64,000 nt of DNA from Octopus vulgaris. Taxonomy: Eukaryota. Below the pieces are notes generated by a model that was given only the letters and a program-made list of their open reading frames with translations, was not told where the DNA came from and ran no database searches. A program made the translations under genes and the position numbers. Below are positions 16,169 through 30,818 of this stretch, piece after piece. The first letter of the stretch is position 1. Each line of letters opens with the position of its first letter. Location of the stretch: contig OX597822.1 of NCBI GenBank assembly GCA_951406725.2, positions 38,192,001 through 38,256,000 on the forward strand, read 5' to 3'.

Positions 16169-16512
16169 AGTATACAAATTACTGCCTTTCTACCTTTGAA
16201 CAGATCGCACATCCTTGTTACTTGCGTGAATTTTGCTACCCTGGTAACTGTTTATTGAATTTTCCATGTTAACGGTAAACAAAGGATAATTCATTCATCC
16301 ATTTATATATATGTGTGTGTGTGTAGTTGAAATTTATAGAAAAACAAAAGACGAAGACAGGTGTATGAACAACATGCAGGTGTATTAGTTTGACGCTCGG
16401 GAAAGTGAGAAAGTCTTTTACGTTTTGAGACAACGTTCTTCAACAGAAAGGACTAAGAGAAAATATACAGAGAGAGAATAAAAAAACTTGTGGATTTAAC
16501 GATCAATCGTGG

Positions 16513-16569
<57 letters not shown>

Positions 16570-16572
<3 letters not shown>

Positions 16573-16926
16573 TAGCACTATGACCCGGCGTTGCAGGATC
16601 ATAGTGCTAGTGCATGCATATACAGCTGCATGCGTGCGCACATATACGCGAGTACTGTCCAAATCTCCGACCAATCACATACAGCTAGCTGGCATTCAAT
16701 TGGCGTATCAAGTTTCGGGCATTTTGATTGGGTTTTGAATAGAAAATTTACAAAAAAGTCACTTCTATTGATTTTCTAGTGGCTTTGCGGGGTAACTGGG
16801 GTAATGTAAAGATGTGCACGACCACCCTTGGACGATTTTGAATGACCACAGAAAGTGCCAGTCCTCTAACTGAAAAATTGTGGATTTGTATAAAGGATAC
16901 ACACACACACAGACAGACATTTTTCC

Positions 16927-16930
<4 letters not shown>
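16570..16930 (-). mobile_element. Non-autonomous Helitron-like element in (TA)n
   Basis: Minus strand ends gcaacgccgggtcatagtgCTAGt with a terminal hairpin; the other end is atataaacggaaaaatgtctgtctgtgtg. Confidence 0.6.
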
Positions 16931-17002
<72 letters not shown>

Positions 17003-17063
17003 ACATACACATATATGTATGCTGTTACACATATATATATGTATGTATGTATGTATATACACA

Positions 17064-17110
<47 letters not shown>

Positions 17111-17174
17111 GTATACATGCATACATAAGTATACGTATGTGTTTATATGAATATATGCATATACATATGTATAT

Positions 17175-17219
<45 letters not shown>

Positions 17220-17438
17220 TATACATATGTATACATCTATACATAAATACAAATATATATTCACATATATACAAATATGTATATACATAAATACAAATCA
17301 AGATACTTATATATATATATATATATACATAATATATACATATGTATATCTTATGTATGCGTGTTCGTACTCTAGTCTCAACAGTGGAAAAAAATTGTAT
17401 TTTCTTCTTCAAAACAGATTACTCTGTCCAAAACTACC

Positions 17439-17499
<61 letters not shown>

Positions 17500-17541
17500 T
17501 AATAATAATAATAAATAGTAATAGTAATAAGAATAATAGTA

Positions 17542-17610
<69 letters not shown>

Positions 17611-18649
17611 AGTAATTAGAAGCCATAATTATATAATCTTCTTAATCTGTTTATTCAATTTTGGTTTGCTTCTGTGTGAAATGCTTCCATATTTAGTATC
17701 AGTATATTAATCTCATGTGCACCCCCACATACATATTATATGTGTACGTGTATGGACGAACGTAAGTATGTGTATAGATTTAGGTATATATAAATGTTTT
17801 GTTGCTTCCGTTTTGAAGCGAAGCAAAACAGAATTTAGTCCAAAGTACTCAATGCATAAATGCAGAGTGGTCGTTGTTTCTAAAGAAAGAAAATAATAAC
17901 AATGTCGGTTCCTATATGGTCAGTGTTTCTTTACAACAGAATTTATCAAAGTGGTTAGCTTTGAGTGAAGTGCTGCCTTTATATCTGATCGATTAGAGAC
18001 AGAAGAGGGTCATGATCTGTTGTAGATATGGTATACAAGTTGGCCTGTGACTACACATATAAATGAAGGAAGGAACGAACGAACGAAGGAACGAATGGTG
18101 GTAATTTGGACGATAGATAAAGGAGATGGATTGAGTTATCATCATCTATCCAAGAAGTTTGAAGGATTATCTATGGCAAACAGATAGGTATTCCGACTAG
18201 AAAAATTAAAAAAAAAAGGCCAAATCGTTCTCAGATAACGGGAAACCATGTCTCACAGAAAACCTGGTAATACACTTTTGTCGAGGTTTCTCTTTTGGAA
18301 AGAAAGCGTTTTGAAACGTTTTATCATCATGCATGCACTGGATATTTCGGCCATGCAAAACTCCAACCCCAAACAACAACCGCGAGCAGTAAATAATCTG
18401 TCGAAATACTCATTAATATGCACAAGTATTCATCTGAAATCTAATATTTCTCTAGTTGATTCCTATGTAATTATGTTCCCTTTTTCCCAGGATTACGAAT
18501 CTTTAAGTTCTTATCTTCTTGCTCTCTAACCTCGTTAACTATTTCGACATAACTAGTTGTTCTCTAATCATTCCTACTTCACCCGATCTGTTTATTAACA
18601 CGTATATCCAAAGTATTGTCGTTTTCTCCTTGATGTTTCTTTGTTTGTC

Positions 18650-18945
18650 CCTTCTCGAGCCACGCCTGGCTCATAAGGGCCGGTTTCCCAGTTTCCTTGG
18701 CGTATAAGTTCCCCACCTGGACGGGACGCCGGTCCGTCGCAGGTGAACTGCAAGATGCAGGAGGAAAGATTGAGAGAAAGTTGTGGCGAAAGAGTCAGCA
18801 GAAGTTCCACCATTACCTTCTGCCGGAGCCGTGTGGAGCTTAGATGTTTCGCTCATAAACACACACATCGCCCGGTCTGAGATTCGAACCCGCGATCCCT
18901 CGACTGCGAGTCTGCTGCTCTAACCACTAGGCCATATGCCTCCAC
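18650..18945 (-). mobile_element. SINE with tRNA-Arg(TCG)-like head (family D)
   Basis: Minus strand ggcctagtggttagagcagcagacTCGcagtcgagggatcgcgggttcgaatc; the same head occurs at 26613. Confidence 0.75.
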
Positions 18946-19188
18946 TGCTGTCTCTTACTGCTCTCTTGTTTTCCTTATCTTTTTACGTCTTTATATCTCT
19001 ACATAATCCGCACTATTACTGACATTGGCGGGATTTGTACTCAGAACGTAATGGACCTTACCCCACCGAGGTTGATTTTAATTTTCATTCTATCGAGGGC
19101 CGATTAAATTAAGTACCAGTCATAGACAGGTATTGATTTAATCGACTAACTCTTTCTTCAGTAAAAAACGATTTCTGTCCATTTGCCT

Positions 19189-19191
<3 letters not shown>

Positions 19192-19245
<54 letters not shown>

Positions 19246-19685
19246 CCATCGTCGTCATCATCATCACCATCGTCGTCATCATCATCATCTTCATCATCAT
19301 CGTTTTCATCGTCATCATCGTCATCATCGTCATCATCGTCATCATCATCATCATCATCATCTTCCTCATCATATGCTCTGCATGTCTTGCCACCTGTTGT
19401 TCTTTCTCTGTTCTTTTAACGTTCGACGTTGATTTCAAATTTCACTTGATTCTTTTTTTCACTTATTACATGTTGAATTAAGAAACTTCTCTCATCTGAT
19501 ATAAATATTTTATATTATCATTCTTATTACTATCTGTTATTATTATTATTATTATCATCATCATCATCATCATCGTCGTCGTCGTCGTCATCATCATCAT
19601 CATCATTATCATCATCATCATTATCATCACCATCACCATCATCATCATCATCATCATCATTATCATCACCATCATCATCATCACC

Positions 19686-19731
<46 letters not shown>

Positions 19732-19735
19732 CCAC

Positions 19736-19767
<32 letters not shown>

Positions 19768-19776
19768 CACCATCAC

Positions 19777-19808
<32 letters not shown>

Positions 19809-19860
19809 CCATCATCATCATCACCATCATCATTATCATCATCATCATCATTATTGTCAT
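19192..19860. repeat. Compound (ATC)n/(GTC)n/(ACC)n microsatellite blocks (similar block at 728-1080)
   Basis: Direct inspection; source of the poly-S/M/I ORFs. Confidence 0.95.
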
Positions 19861-20961
19861 TATTGTTCCTCGTTTCTTACATGTTAGCTTAAGATGTTTC
19901 TGTAGTTTTAATTGTTTTAATAATAATTAACTTAAGCACGTTCTTACACAGTAACTTAAGAATTTTTCCTGATTGTTTTTTATTCATTAACTTAGAAATA
20001 TATCTATCGACTCAATTTGGAATTAAATTCTCCAGATAATCTACTCACATCCAAAATGTAAATCCATAGGTACAATTCTTCAGAAAATATATCCAACCTA
20101 TGTTATACAAATACACTTTTTCCGTAGCTTCCTACCAACTGCTACCTCAACTCAATTCTCTTAAGAAAATTATTGTTATTCTTACATACATAGATGTATG
20201 TACATGTATGAGGGTGTGCGTGAGAGGCTTATGTATATGTATATACTGGTGTAGTGATTAGAACAGCTAAGCAGTTTTCAGCAGATGCGGCCTTCGAAAC
20301 TCGCTTTTACACTTTTTATGTGAAAGCGCGTGGCTTAGTGGTTAGGGCATTCGGCTCACGATTGTAAGGTCGTGAGTTCAATTCCCGGCGACGCGTTGTC
20401 TCCTTGAGCAAGACACTTTATTTTCATGTTGCTCCAGTCCACTCTGCCGGCAAAAATGAGTTGTACCTGTATTTCAAAGGGCCGGCCTTGTCACACTCTG
20501 TGTCACGCCGAATCTCCCTAAGAACTACGTTAGGGATACACGTGTCTGTGGATTGCTCAGCCACTTGCACATTAATTTCACGAGCAAGCTGTTCCGTTGA
20601 TCGTATCAGCTGGAACCCTCGCCGTCGTAACCGACGGAGTGCTCCTTTTATTTATATATACATATAGTTCAAGGTGGTGTTCCAGTGTGGCCGCAATCAT
20701 TTGACTGCGGCCACGCTTGTAGGAGCGAGTGTATCCATGCCATGCAGCTTACCTGAGGACGTTTATACATCTATATTCGTTAACAGTTATTTTTGATACT
20801 TTTCGCACTGAATTGCGTGTTCGTTTCTCTTTTTGCCATCTGGGATTTTATTTTTGATCTTCTATATAAATGAAGATATTTCCTCCGTCTGGCTGCTTTT
20901 CTTTCAACAAAATGAGAAGTTACATTGTGGAACTATTATTTTAACAAGTTGTATTTATTTA

Positions 20962-21065
20962 TCACCCGACGAGGTACATCTGCACCGCCGAATGCGCTTG
21001 AACTAGTTGTTGAGTGTCCCATCTATGAGGGATCGATGCTAGATGCGTCGAAATAATTGTCGTGA
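20962..21065 (+). ncRNA. Degenerate hammerhead motif
   Basis: tcac-CCGACGA-ggtacatct...agatgcgtc-GAAA-taatt-GTC-gtga. Confidence 0.45.
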
Positions 21066-21382
21066 ATATTAATAAATTCTCGTATATTCCATCTTCCGTT
21101 TTTCATTTGCCATATATATATATGTGTGTGTATATGTATGTATATGTGTGTGTGTATGTGTGTGTGTCTGTGTTTGTCCCCCACCATCGTTTGATAACCG
21201 ATATGTACATATATACATACACATTTATATATATATATATATATATAAATATATATATATAAATGTATATGTATATATATATGTGTATGTATATATATAT
21301 ATATATATATATATGCATACATATATATATAGAGAGAGAGATAGAGAGATAGATAAATAAATAAAGATATAGATATATATAC

Positions 21383-21462
<80 letters not shown>

Positions 21463-21585
21463 ATAATTAAGATTCATTTGGACTAGGTACTTAAATTGAG
21501 GTCCCAAGCCAGTTCGGTATAGTCCGCGCAGATCGATGTTAGGTGAACAAAAAGTAAATAAGTAACAAGGATGTCCAGATATCAG

Positions 21586-21672
21586 TGCATTACGGCCGTT
21601 TCAAGCGACTCCATTTAATCGATCAATGAAAACATTACATCAATTTGAAAGAAACCACACTCCTCAGACGCA
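21586..21672 (-). ncRNA. Hammerhead motif in one arm of an inverted repeat
   Basis: tgcgt-CTGAGGA...cgctt-GAAA-cggcc-GTA-atgca; palindromic CGGCCG stem III. Confidence 0.5.
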
Positions 21673-22602
21673 GTTGATCATATAGATTTCCAAGGTTCTG
21701 CCACAAATATAACATAAGGAAATAATGCAATTATTCTGGTTTCTAGTACTGATATAAATTTTGCTAAAAATGGTTTATCCTTTATGTTCGAAATCTATAA
21801 GGTCATCTTCATCAGAGGAGAGCGGTTTCTTTCAAATTGATTTAATGTTTTCATTGGTCGATTTTATTTATATATATATATATAAATGTTTATTTATATT
21901 TTATAATAAAAACAATTTTACATTGAATTGAAGAATTACTCAATACATTTGGTAGAGTACAAAATTATTATTCTTTAAGAAGAATGATATTGACAGTGAT
22001 TTCGAAGTTTCGGTCAGATAAGCAGTCATCAGACCGTCTATTTTCCAATCCATTTCAAAATCAAAATACATATTTTGCAAAAAAAGGCATTTTTACAGCC
22101 CCCAGGTCGGTCTGAAGAGTGCCCTCTATAGATATGGTATACCTTCACGAAACAAATTGTAGTCAATTGTATCCTAAAAGATAATTGCACAACGTAATTC
22201 ATTTCTACGAACGTGGTATTGAGTGCTCATGTTTGCACTCGTATTTGTTATATGAGTGTGCGAGTGCGCATGTATGTAGGCATGCATGTATATTTGCACA
22301 AATGAACATTAATAAGAAAACCAAACTAAATTTAACTATTTGAAAGCCTTAGTTGTGACAGGAAATTATAGAAATGTAAACACACTCAAAGCTATACTTT
22401 CCATGTACATAGAAGACACTCATGACTATTCTATTTCACAGCTTGTGAAATATTTGTTGGGGGAGACGTGACCGATTTTTTGCCACCGAAATTATAGAAT
22501 ATTCAGGAGCTACGCATAAAAGCTAACAGAAATTAAGCTAGCACCGTAGGGAATAGCTTAATTGTAATATTTCTTATTTTTGACAGCTTCTCATTACTTA
22601 AG

Positions 22603-22649
<47 letters not shown>

Positions 22650-22693
22650 GCTTAAATTAAGCTGCTACAAAGAATTACTAAAGCAGACCGTCA

Positions 22694-22780
<87 letters not shown>

Positions 22781-22801
22781 ATATATATACATATATACAT
22801 A

Positions 22802-22884
<83 letters not shown>

Positions 22885-22909
22885 GATATATGCATATACA
22901 TATATATAT

Positions 22910-22968
<59 letters not shown>

Positions 22969-23151
22969 TTCAAATAAACAGAGAAAAACGGAGAATATGA
23001 GGACGTGCATGAGAAAGTATTAGCCTGACACTCGTTGAAAGCAGAGAGTTTGACGTTTCGAGCATAGCTCTCCTTTAGAGGGGAGAAAGGGAAAAAGTCA
23101 AAAGATGCAGAAAAAAAGGCCAATATATATATGTGTGTGTGTGTGTGTGTG

Positions 23152-23216
<65 letters not shown>

Positions 23217-23298
23217 GTATGCATGCATGCATGTATGTATGTATGTATGTATGTATGTATGTATGTATGTATATATATATATATACATGTATTATATG

Positions 23299-23372
<74 letters not shown>

Positions 23373-23433
23373 TGCATGCATGCATGTATGTATGTATGTA
23401 TATATATATATATACATGTATTATATGATGATG

Positions 23434-23480
<47 letters not shown>

Positions 23481-23698
23481 GTGTGTGTGAGTTTGTGTTT
23501 GTGTTTGTCCCCACCACTTGACAACTGGTGTTGGTTTGATTACGTCCGTGCAACTTACGGAGTCCGCATGAGAGACTGGCAGAATAAGTGCTTGGTTTTA
23601 AAAATCGTTCTAGGCGCGATTCATTCAACTAAAACCTTTCAAGGTGCTGCTCCAGCATGGCCGCAGTCTAATGACTGAAACAAGTAAAAGATAAATGA

Positions 23699-23799
<101 letters not shown>

Positions 23800-25775
23800 C
23801 GCAGTAGTTTGCTAACCAGCCACATGGTTCCGGGTTCAGTCCCACTGCGTGGCATCTTGGGCAAGTGTCTTCTGCTATAGCCCCGGGCCGACCAATGCCT
23901 AGTGAGTGGATTTCGTGTATGTGTGTGTGTTTGTGTGTCTGTGTTTGTCCCCATAGCATTGCTTGACAACCGATGCTGGTGTGTTTACGTCCCCGTCACT
24001 TAGCGGTTCGGTAAAATAGACCGATAGAATAAGTACTGGGCTTACAAAGAATAAGTCCCGGGGTCGAATTGCTCGACTGAAACAAGTAAAAGAGTAAAAG
24101 AGTAAAAGAGTATATATTTATAATTGGGCGTGTGTGTGCGTGTGTGTATGTGTGTGCGTGCGTGTGTGTGCGTTTGTGTTTGTATACGCTAGACTTTACT
24201 AAAAAGACGAAAATACACACAATACAGAACAAGATAAAAGTGTGTGTGTATGTATACAAATACACACATATGGATGCATGCGTGTATGTTTATATACTTG
24301 TATATGTGTGCGCCTGTATGTGTACGCGTGTGTGTGCACGTGTGTGTGTGCGCGCATGTGTTCGTGGACATGTGTGTGTGAGTGTATGTGTTGGCCATGA
24401 GAAACTTCGTAATGATAATTAAATATATGAAATTATTCATTTAATACTAATTATCAATTCATGAAATTTACATTAAAATGATAATTATTAATTCATTAAT
24501 TGCTCGTTAACCATCATAACTTGAAGAATGTCGTCTTTTTACGACCTTCTCTTCTACGTTTTTGCAAATATCACTGGTTTTGTGTATAAAAGGGCTCTTA
24601 TTCTTGTGGGAAACATTGGCGATCTCTAGGGCAGCGATTTGGCAGAGTCGTTAGCATGTTGGGCAAAAATGCTTCGCAGTATTTCGTCAATCTATGTTCT
24701 GGGTTCTAATTCCACCGAGGTCGAGTTTGCCTTTCATCTTTTAGGGGTCGATAAAATAAGTACCAGTGGAACACTGGGGTCGATATAATTGATTTACCCC
24801 TCCCCTAAAATTGCTGGCCTTGTGCCAAAATTTGGAACCAACATTGGCGACCTCAATGTTAGAGACTTTTTGACTAGACTTGGACATATGATGATCCCAA
24901 TTTTAATGACAATATTGACTATCTCAAATTTAAACCCCATATTTAGGGTGCAATATCGATGGTCCCAAACCTTCAAGCGACCCTGTCTTGTTGGACAATG
25001 ATTAACGTTTCAGACAAATGGACTTTGTTTTAGGGAGCAATGTTAATAGTCCTAAGCATAAGAAACCTCTATTTTCTGAGGACAATACTGTTGGTGTCAA
25101 ACATGAACAAGCCACAAATTGAACGGGAGAAAGATTGATCACTCTTCAATTTGAAAAAGGATCAACCGAATTATTAACCTTATTGTATAAATACGGTCTT
25201 AAATCAAGCTGTATTGTAAATTAGGAGCTCGTTTCGCAACTGCATGAATCCATTTAGTATCCAATTGTTCAACATTTTGGGAAAGAGTCTGTTACTGAGA
25301 TACAAGGGTAAATATACAAATGCGCGCGCTTACATTTACACGTATATGCATGCACACACCATCCACGTAAGAGGTCCAGACCGTTATCAGTTGAGAGATA
25401 GTTCGAACGACGGAATAATAGAAATAAAGTTACGGAGATGTACTTGCATCGCAAGTGACTTGATCGGAGATCGTGTGCTAAAACAAAAACAATTGCAGCG
25501 TAGGAGATATTTGTAAGCCATTGAAGAACACACAAAAAACGTTTGTTTCATTTCAACATTTAATTTTCATTTGTGTGAAAACTAAATGTTGAAATGAAAC
25601 TAGCGAGTTTTTGTGTGTTCGAGAAAGAAACCTTGTTGTTTCTTGCAATACATACCAATAGGGTACTACGATGCGGTACATCAACCTCAGGGTAGGCTAG
25701 TGTGCAGAATACGAACCAAATAATGGAAACAATAATACTTTACAAAAAACAGGTATAGTATTCATTGCTTTATAG

Positions 25776-25864
25776 AACATACGTGTGTTTCAACGAAATG
25801 CCGTAACAATTACATAACAGTTGTTGAAACATCATACTATATTACACTTCACTTCATCAGTGTC
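25776..25864 (-). ncRNA. Type I hammerhead ribozyme motif
   Basis: gaca-CTGATGA-agtgaagtgt...gcatttcgtt-GAAA-cacac-GTA-tgtt; 10 bp stem II with GU pairs. Confidence 0.6.
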
Positions 25865-26612
25865 ACACAATAAATACAATAATACATATTAAAGCTCTGA
25901 GAAAGTAAATTGAAAGATTGCATAGGATTTATACAACTGTTGTAAAATTAAATGTCTAAAGCAAAATTTTTTTCAGGGGCCCTTAAAATACGATTGTGGA
26001 TTCCCAATTTACTGTTTTGTTATGTGGACCCTTCAAAATATGATGTGGACCCTGAGGGGCCTTATGGGCTCCTGTTGAGAACCACTGCTTTAATCCATCA
26101 GACTTATCAAATGTTTATGCTCATGGAAGGTTAAGCTATTTGTTTACGAACATTTTATTTCGGAACCTAACCTTTGCCAAATATGGACAATGAACCTTTT
26201 TTTTTTGTTTAAGGATTTTTCTATTACTGCTTTATGAAGAAGATTTGAATGTGACAGAGAATAACAAAGCAACTCCTAGACAGAAACAGGTTCCAAAGTG
26301 TAGAGATATAAAAGCCGTGCAGCTCAGTACGAAACAGTGATCATGTGACTACATGGCAGAAAAACAGATTCTTTTGTATTCCGTAATTGTTATTTTCTGT
26401 ATCGAGTGAAAATGATGGGGTGATAACTCGATAAAGGGGATTGAAGTAATTTTCATAATGCTTCATGTAAACATGATAAATCTGCTGCAAATAGTTTGAT
26501 AATGGGTGAAGGCACGAGGCTTAGTGGGTTAGGGTATTCGGCTCACGATCGTAAGGTCGGGAGTTCGATTCCCGGCGGCGCGTTCTGTCCTTCAGCAAGA
26601 TACTTTATTTCA

Positions 26613-26989
26613 GTGGAGGCATGCGGCCTAGTGATTAGAGCAGCAGACTCGCAGTCGAGGTATCTCAGGTTCGAATCTCAGACCGGGCGATGTGTGTGTT
26701 TATGAGCGAAACACCTAAACTCCACGCCAAAAGGCGGCGGGCTGGCAGAAACGTTAGCACGCTTAGCGGTATTTCGTCTGTCCTCACTGTGTTTAGCCCC
26801 TTGTGGGTAGTAAAGAAATAGGTATTTCGTCTGCCGTTACGTTCTGAGTTCAAATTCCGCCTTTCATCCTTTCAGGGCCGATAAATTAAGTACCAGTTAC
26901 GCACTGGGGTTGATGTAATCGATTTAATCCCTTTGTCTGCCCTTGTTTGTCTCCTACTATGTTTAGCCCCTTGTGGACAATAAAGAAAT
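26613..26989 (+). mobile_element. Chimeric SINE (family D head plus family C body) nested in a family B SINE
   Basis: 16 bp target-site duplication aagatactttatttca at 26597-26612 and 26990-27005. Confidence 0.85.
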
Positions 26990-28256
26990 AAGATACTTTA
27001 TTTCACGTTGCTCTAGTCCACTCAGCTGGCAAAAATGAGTTGTACCTGTATTTCAAAGGGCCACCCTTGTCACACTGAATCTGCCTGGGAAATACTATAA
27101 GTGTACCTGTGCCTGTGGTGTGCTCAGCCACTTGCATGTTAATTTCACGGACAGGCTGTTCCGTTGATCAGATCGACTGGAACACTTGTCGTACCCGACA
27201 AAGTACCAGTTTGATAAAATAAAGAATGTTTGTTCATTTTATTGTATTTCGGGTGGGTCATTACGCCAACAATAAACATACGCACAGATTTCTATTTCGT
27301 TTATTTTATTATCATTAAGTAAGTGATTAAGGTGGCAGGCTGGCAGAGTTGTCAGCATGCCGAACAAAATATTTAACGGCATTTCGTCCGTCTTTACGTA
27401 CTGAGTTCGAATTCCGCCGAGGTCGACTTTGACTTACATCTTTTCGGAGTCGATAAAATAAGTACCAATTGATCACTGGAGTCAATATAATCGAGTTACA
27501 CCTCCCCCCGAAATTGCTCGCCTTGGGCCAAAATTTGAAATTAGCAATTGGTTAACAATACTTAACTAATGAACAAGTGGATTGTTTGGTTAATCGTCCG
27601 GTCAATCAGTCACCTACGCTTCTCAATCCTTTCATTTCATCGTCATTCACGACCTCATCAACGACAGATCTACGTCAGGGCTGTCTGCCTATTTCTCGTG
27701 CATACACCAACAGACACATACAGACACACACATATGTATGAATGTATGTATGTATGTCTTCTATTTTTTTAATTATTATAAATCTTCCACTGAGGATGGA
27801 GCCGGTTTCTAACAAAGTTACAAGGCTCCATCTTTGGGATGTAGTTAACACAAATAAATTCAAATTTGGAACTCGAGAAAAATCTTGCATATTTTTACTG
27901 TTCTACTTACAGGTTGCACTTGTAATGTACGAATTAGCCGGTAGATTTCTCTTTCTGAAAATCCCAGTTTATCCAGATTCTCCTTTAAGCATTTACTAAC
28001 AAAACCTAGTGCTCCAATTATTATTGGTATGAATATGAATTCATAGTCTGGATATAGAAGCTGGAGGTTTCGAAACAGTTGTCAATAGATATCCTATCTT
28101 TTCTTTGATTTTCAAAGAGATATTTATATCTGCAAGGCACCGGACCTCTATGTATGTATGTATGTATGTATGTATGTATGTATGTATGTATGTATGTATG
28201 TATGTATGTATGTATGTATGTGTGTATGTATGTATGTATGTATGTGTGTGTGTATG

Positions 28257-28290
<34 letters not shown>

Positions 28291-28825
28291 TGTATGTATG
28301 TATGTATGCATGCATACATGTATGTATTGATGGATTGTTATCCCCCATTCGATTCCATGGCACCCTGTTAACACGTTTCAATTAAGCTGAATTTGAGGTT
28401 TTGCGTCATTTTTTAATTATATTTATTTATTTACTTATTTATTTTTACGTCTACCGAATCGACCAAATGGTCGTGTGCATTTCCCTTTTCCATTTCCTTT
28501 TCAAATACTTTCGCCTCGTTTCTTCGATAGTGAAACAGACAATACTGGAAACGAACACTTGACTTGGAATTTCTTTTTCTTTTTTTTTTTTTCTTTTTAT
28601 TAAATATTCTCGTAAGCGTAAAGAATTCAACAGAAAGAAGGAAACGGTTTAATATAAACGATGTAATTGTTAGAACTGTTTTCTAAAATGAAGAAAAAAC
28701 ATTAAGCCAATTTAATCGCTGGATTTACAGCAACTTTAAAACACATCAGATACGTTACAGTAGAAACAATGAATGAAAGGTCTGATTCTATTGGAAGGAT
28801 GTGTGTGTGTGTACATACACACGCA

Positions 28826-28877
<52 letters not shown>

Positions 28878-29239
28878 CACACACAAACACACACATATAT
28901 ATTTGAATGTATGAATGGCTGTGTGGTAAGAAGCTTGCTTCCCAACCACATGGTTCCGGGTGCAGTTCTACTGCGTGGCGCCTTGGGTAGGTTTCTTCTA
29001 CTATAGCCTCGGGCCGACCTAAACCTTGTGAGTGGATTTGGTTGACGGAAACTGAAAGAAACCCGTCTGTAGCTGTCTGACTGGCAGGATGAAGCGGCTG
29101 ACCTCCCTTGTTCGAAGGTTTATAATGGACGCAGTTTGTGTGTCAAATAGCTAGCTTAAGGCGATGGCCTCATGGAGCTAATCAGCGACAGCTTTAGTCT
29201 TATATTTATAAGACTGCCATATTAGTATGGCGATAACTA

Positions 29240-29296
<57 letters not shown>

Positions 29297-29701
29297 ACGG
29301 ATCGATTTCTGGATTAATCCAAGAGGATTCTTCCTTCGTCAGCGAGGAACACGATAATAATAAATGGAATACTTACATATACCCATGGAAAAAGCAGATA
29401 CAAAGTCATGAGTACATTTAAGTACCTCAAATATATCTAAACAGAAGAGGATAATGGAATTTTTAAAAATTTCTGTTCACTTCCTTTCCTCGTTTCAACA
29501 TGCTGTATATTTATAGTGAAAAATATTGTATGTGGTTAGACGGTTTAAGGTCTATTTTTCAGCATATTGGCATAGGAAATTTTTTTCTTTTGCCCTTATT
29601 TATAATTGTTTATATTTTCACCTTGAAAAGTATTTTAATATGCTGGCCACTTTGATGAAATTTTGGGGGGAAAAATGTTATCCTTATATTAGAAATATAT
29701 G

Positions 29702-29772
<71 letters not shown>

Positions 29773-29776
29773 ATAC

Positions 29777-29816
<40 letters not shown>

Positions 29817-29819
29817 GAC

Positions 29820-29921
<102 letters not shown>

Positions 29922-30394
29922 GTATTCATAGAGAAGGACGGAAAGAGAGGGGAGAGACAGACAGAGACAGAGAGGGTGGTGGTGAGAGAGATGAGACTGA
30001 AAGAGAGTTAACAGACGAGACCCAGAGATGCTCAATATAGAAAAACTCTCAGTAGTGCTCAAATGGTTTGACCTTACACTCCGATATCTTCATCAAGGAC
30101 TAAGTCGGCTGAGTAAAGAGTGGCTGTAAGAGGAATCCAGGTGAGCAGATATTGATATATGATGCAAATAAACAAATAAAACCGCTTGGGTTAGATATAT
30201 AAAATACACATACGTATATACCTATCTCTCCACCCTGAAGACGGAGGCCGGATTTACCATAATATTTATATGCTTCCACAATTGATTGCATAACCTTGAC
30301 TATTTGCGAACTACATCTGTTCAATAACTATTCTTATATTCTCATTCGGTTATCTTTTGTTGAATGTGGGAATCTGATATTGATGCCCTGAGTT

Positions 30395-30700
30395 TCTTGT
30401 CACGATATAGGCTCGTCTGGGATTTTAATCATCAGAAGGACATAATTCTTCTTGAAAACATCTACTCCCACTGCATGTAGATCCTTCAGATTTTCGCCAA
30501 GATAATAAACAACTGTGGGAACTTGTAGGCCAAGATATTGAAGCTTCTGGACCTTACTCTAAACAGAGAGGGTGAGATCTTTGGCACTGTGCAGTTGGTG
30601 TAACCCTCGAAGCCAAAGTTTGTACCAATGACCACCTGGATCTTCCATATGGATATAACTACGTATCTTTCCAGTCTTCACTCCAGGGAATAGAGCCATA
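30395..30700 (-). mobile_element. Degraded 3' end of a CR1/Jockey-group LINE
   Basis: Minus-strand remnants FNIL...NLKDLHAVGVDVFK...IPDEP, resembling the ORF2 C-terminus of this group. Confidence 0.5.
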
Positions 30701-30766
30701 ATTCCTTATATGTGTGTATATTTATATATATGTATGTATGCATGAATGTATGTAAGTGTGTGTATA

Positions 30767-30818
<52 letters not shown>

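Noticed and set aside
23100-23480. Twice-repeated ~130 bp compound microsatellite block
   Set aside because: Explained by slippage or assembly of low-complexity sequence; no functional signal.
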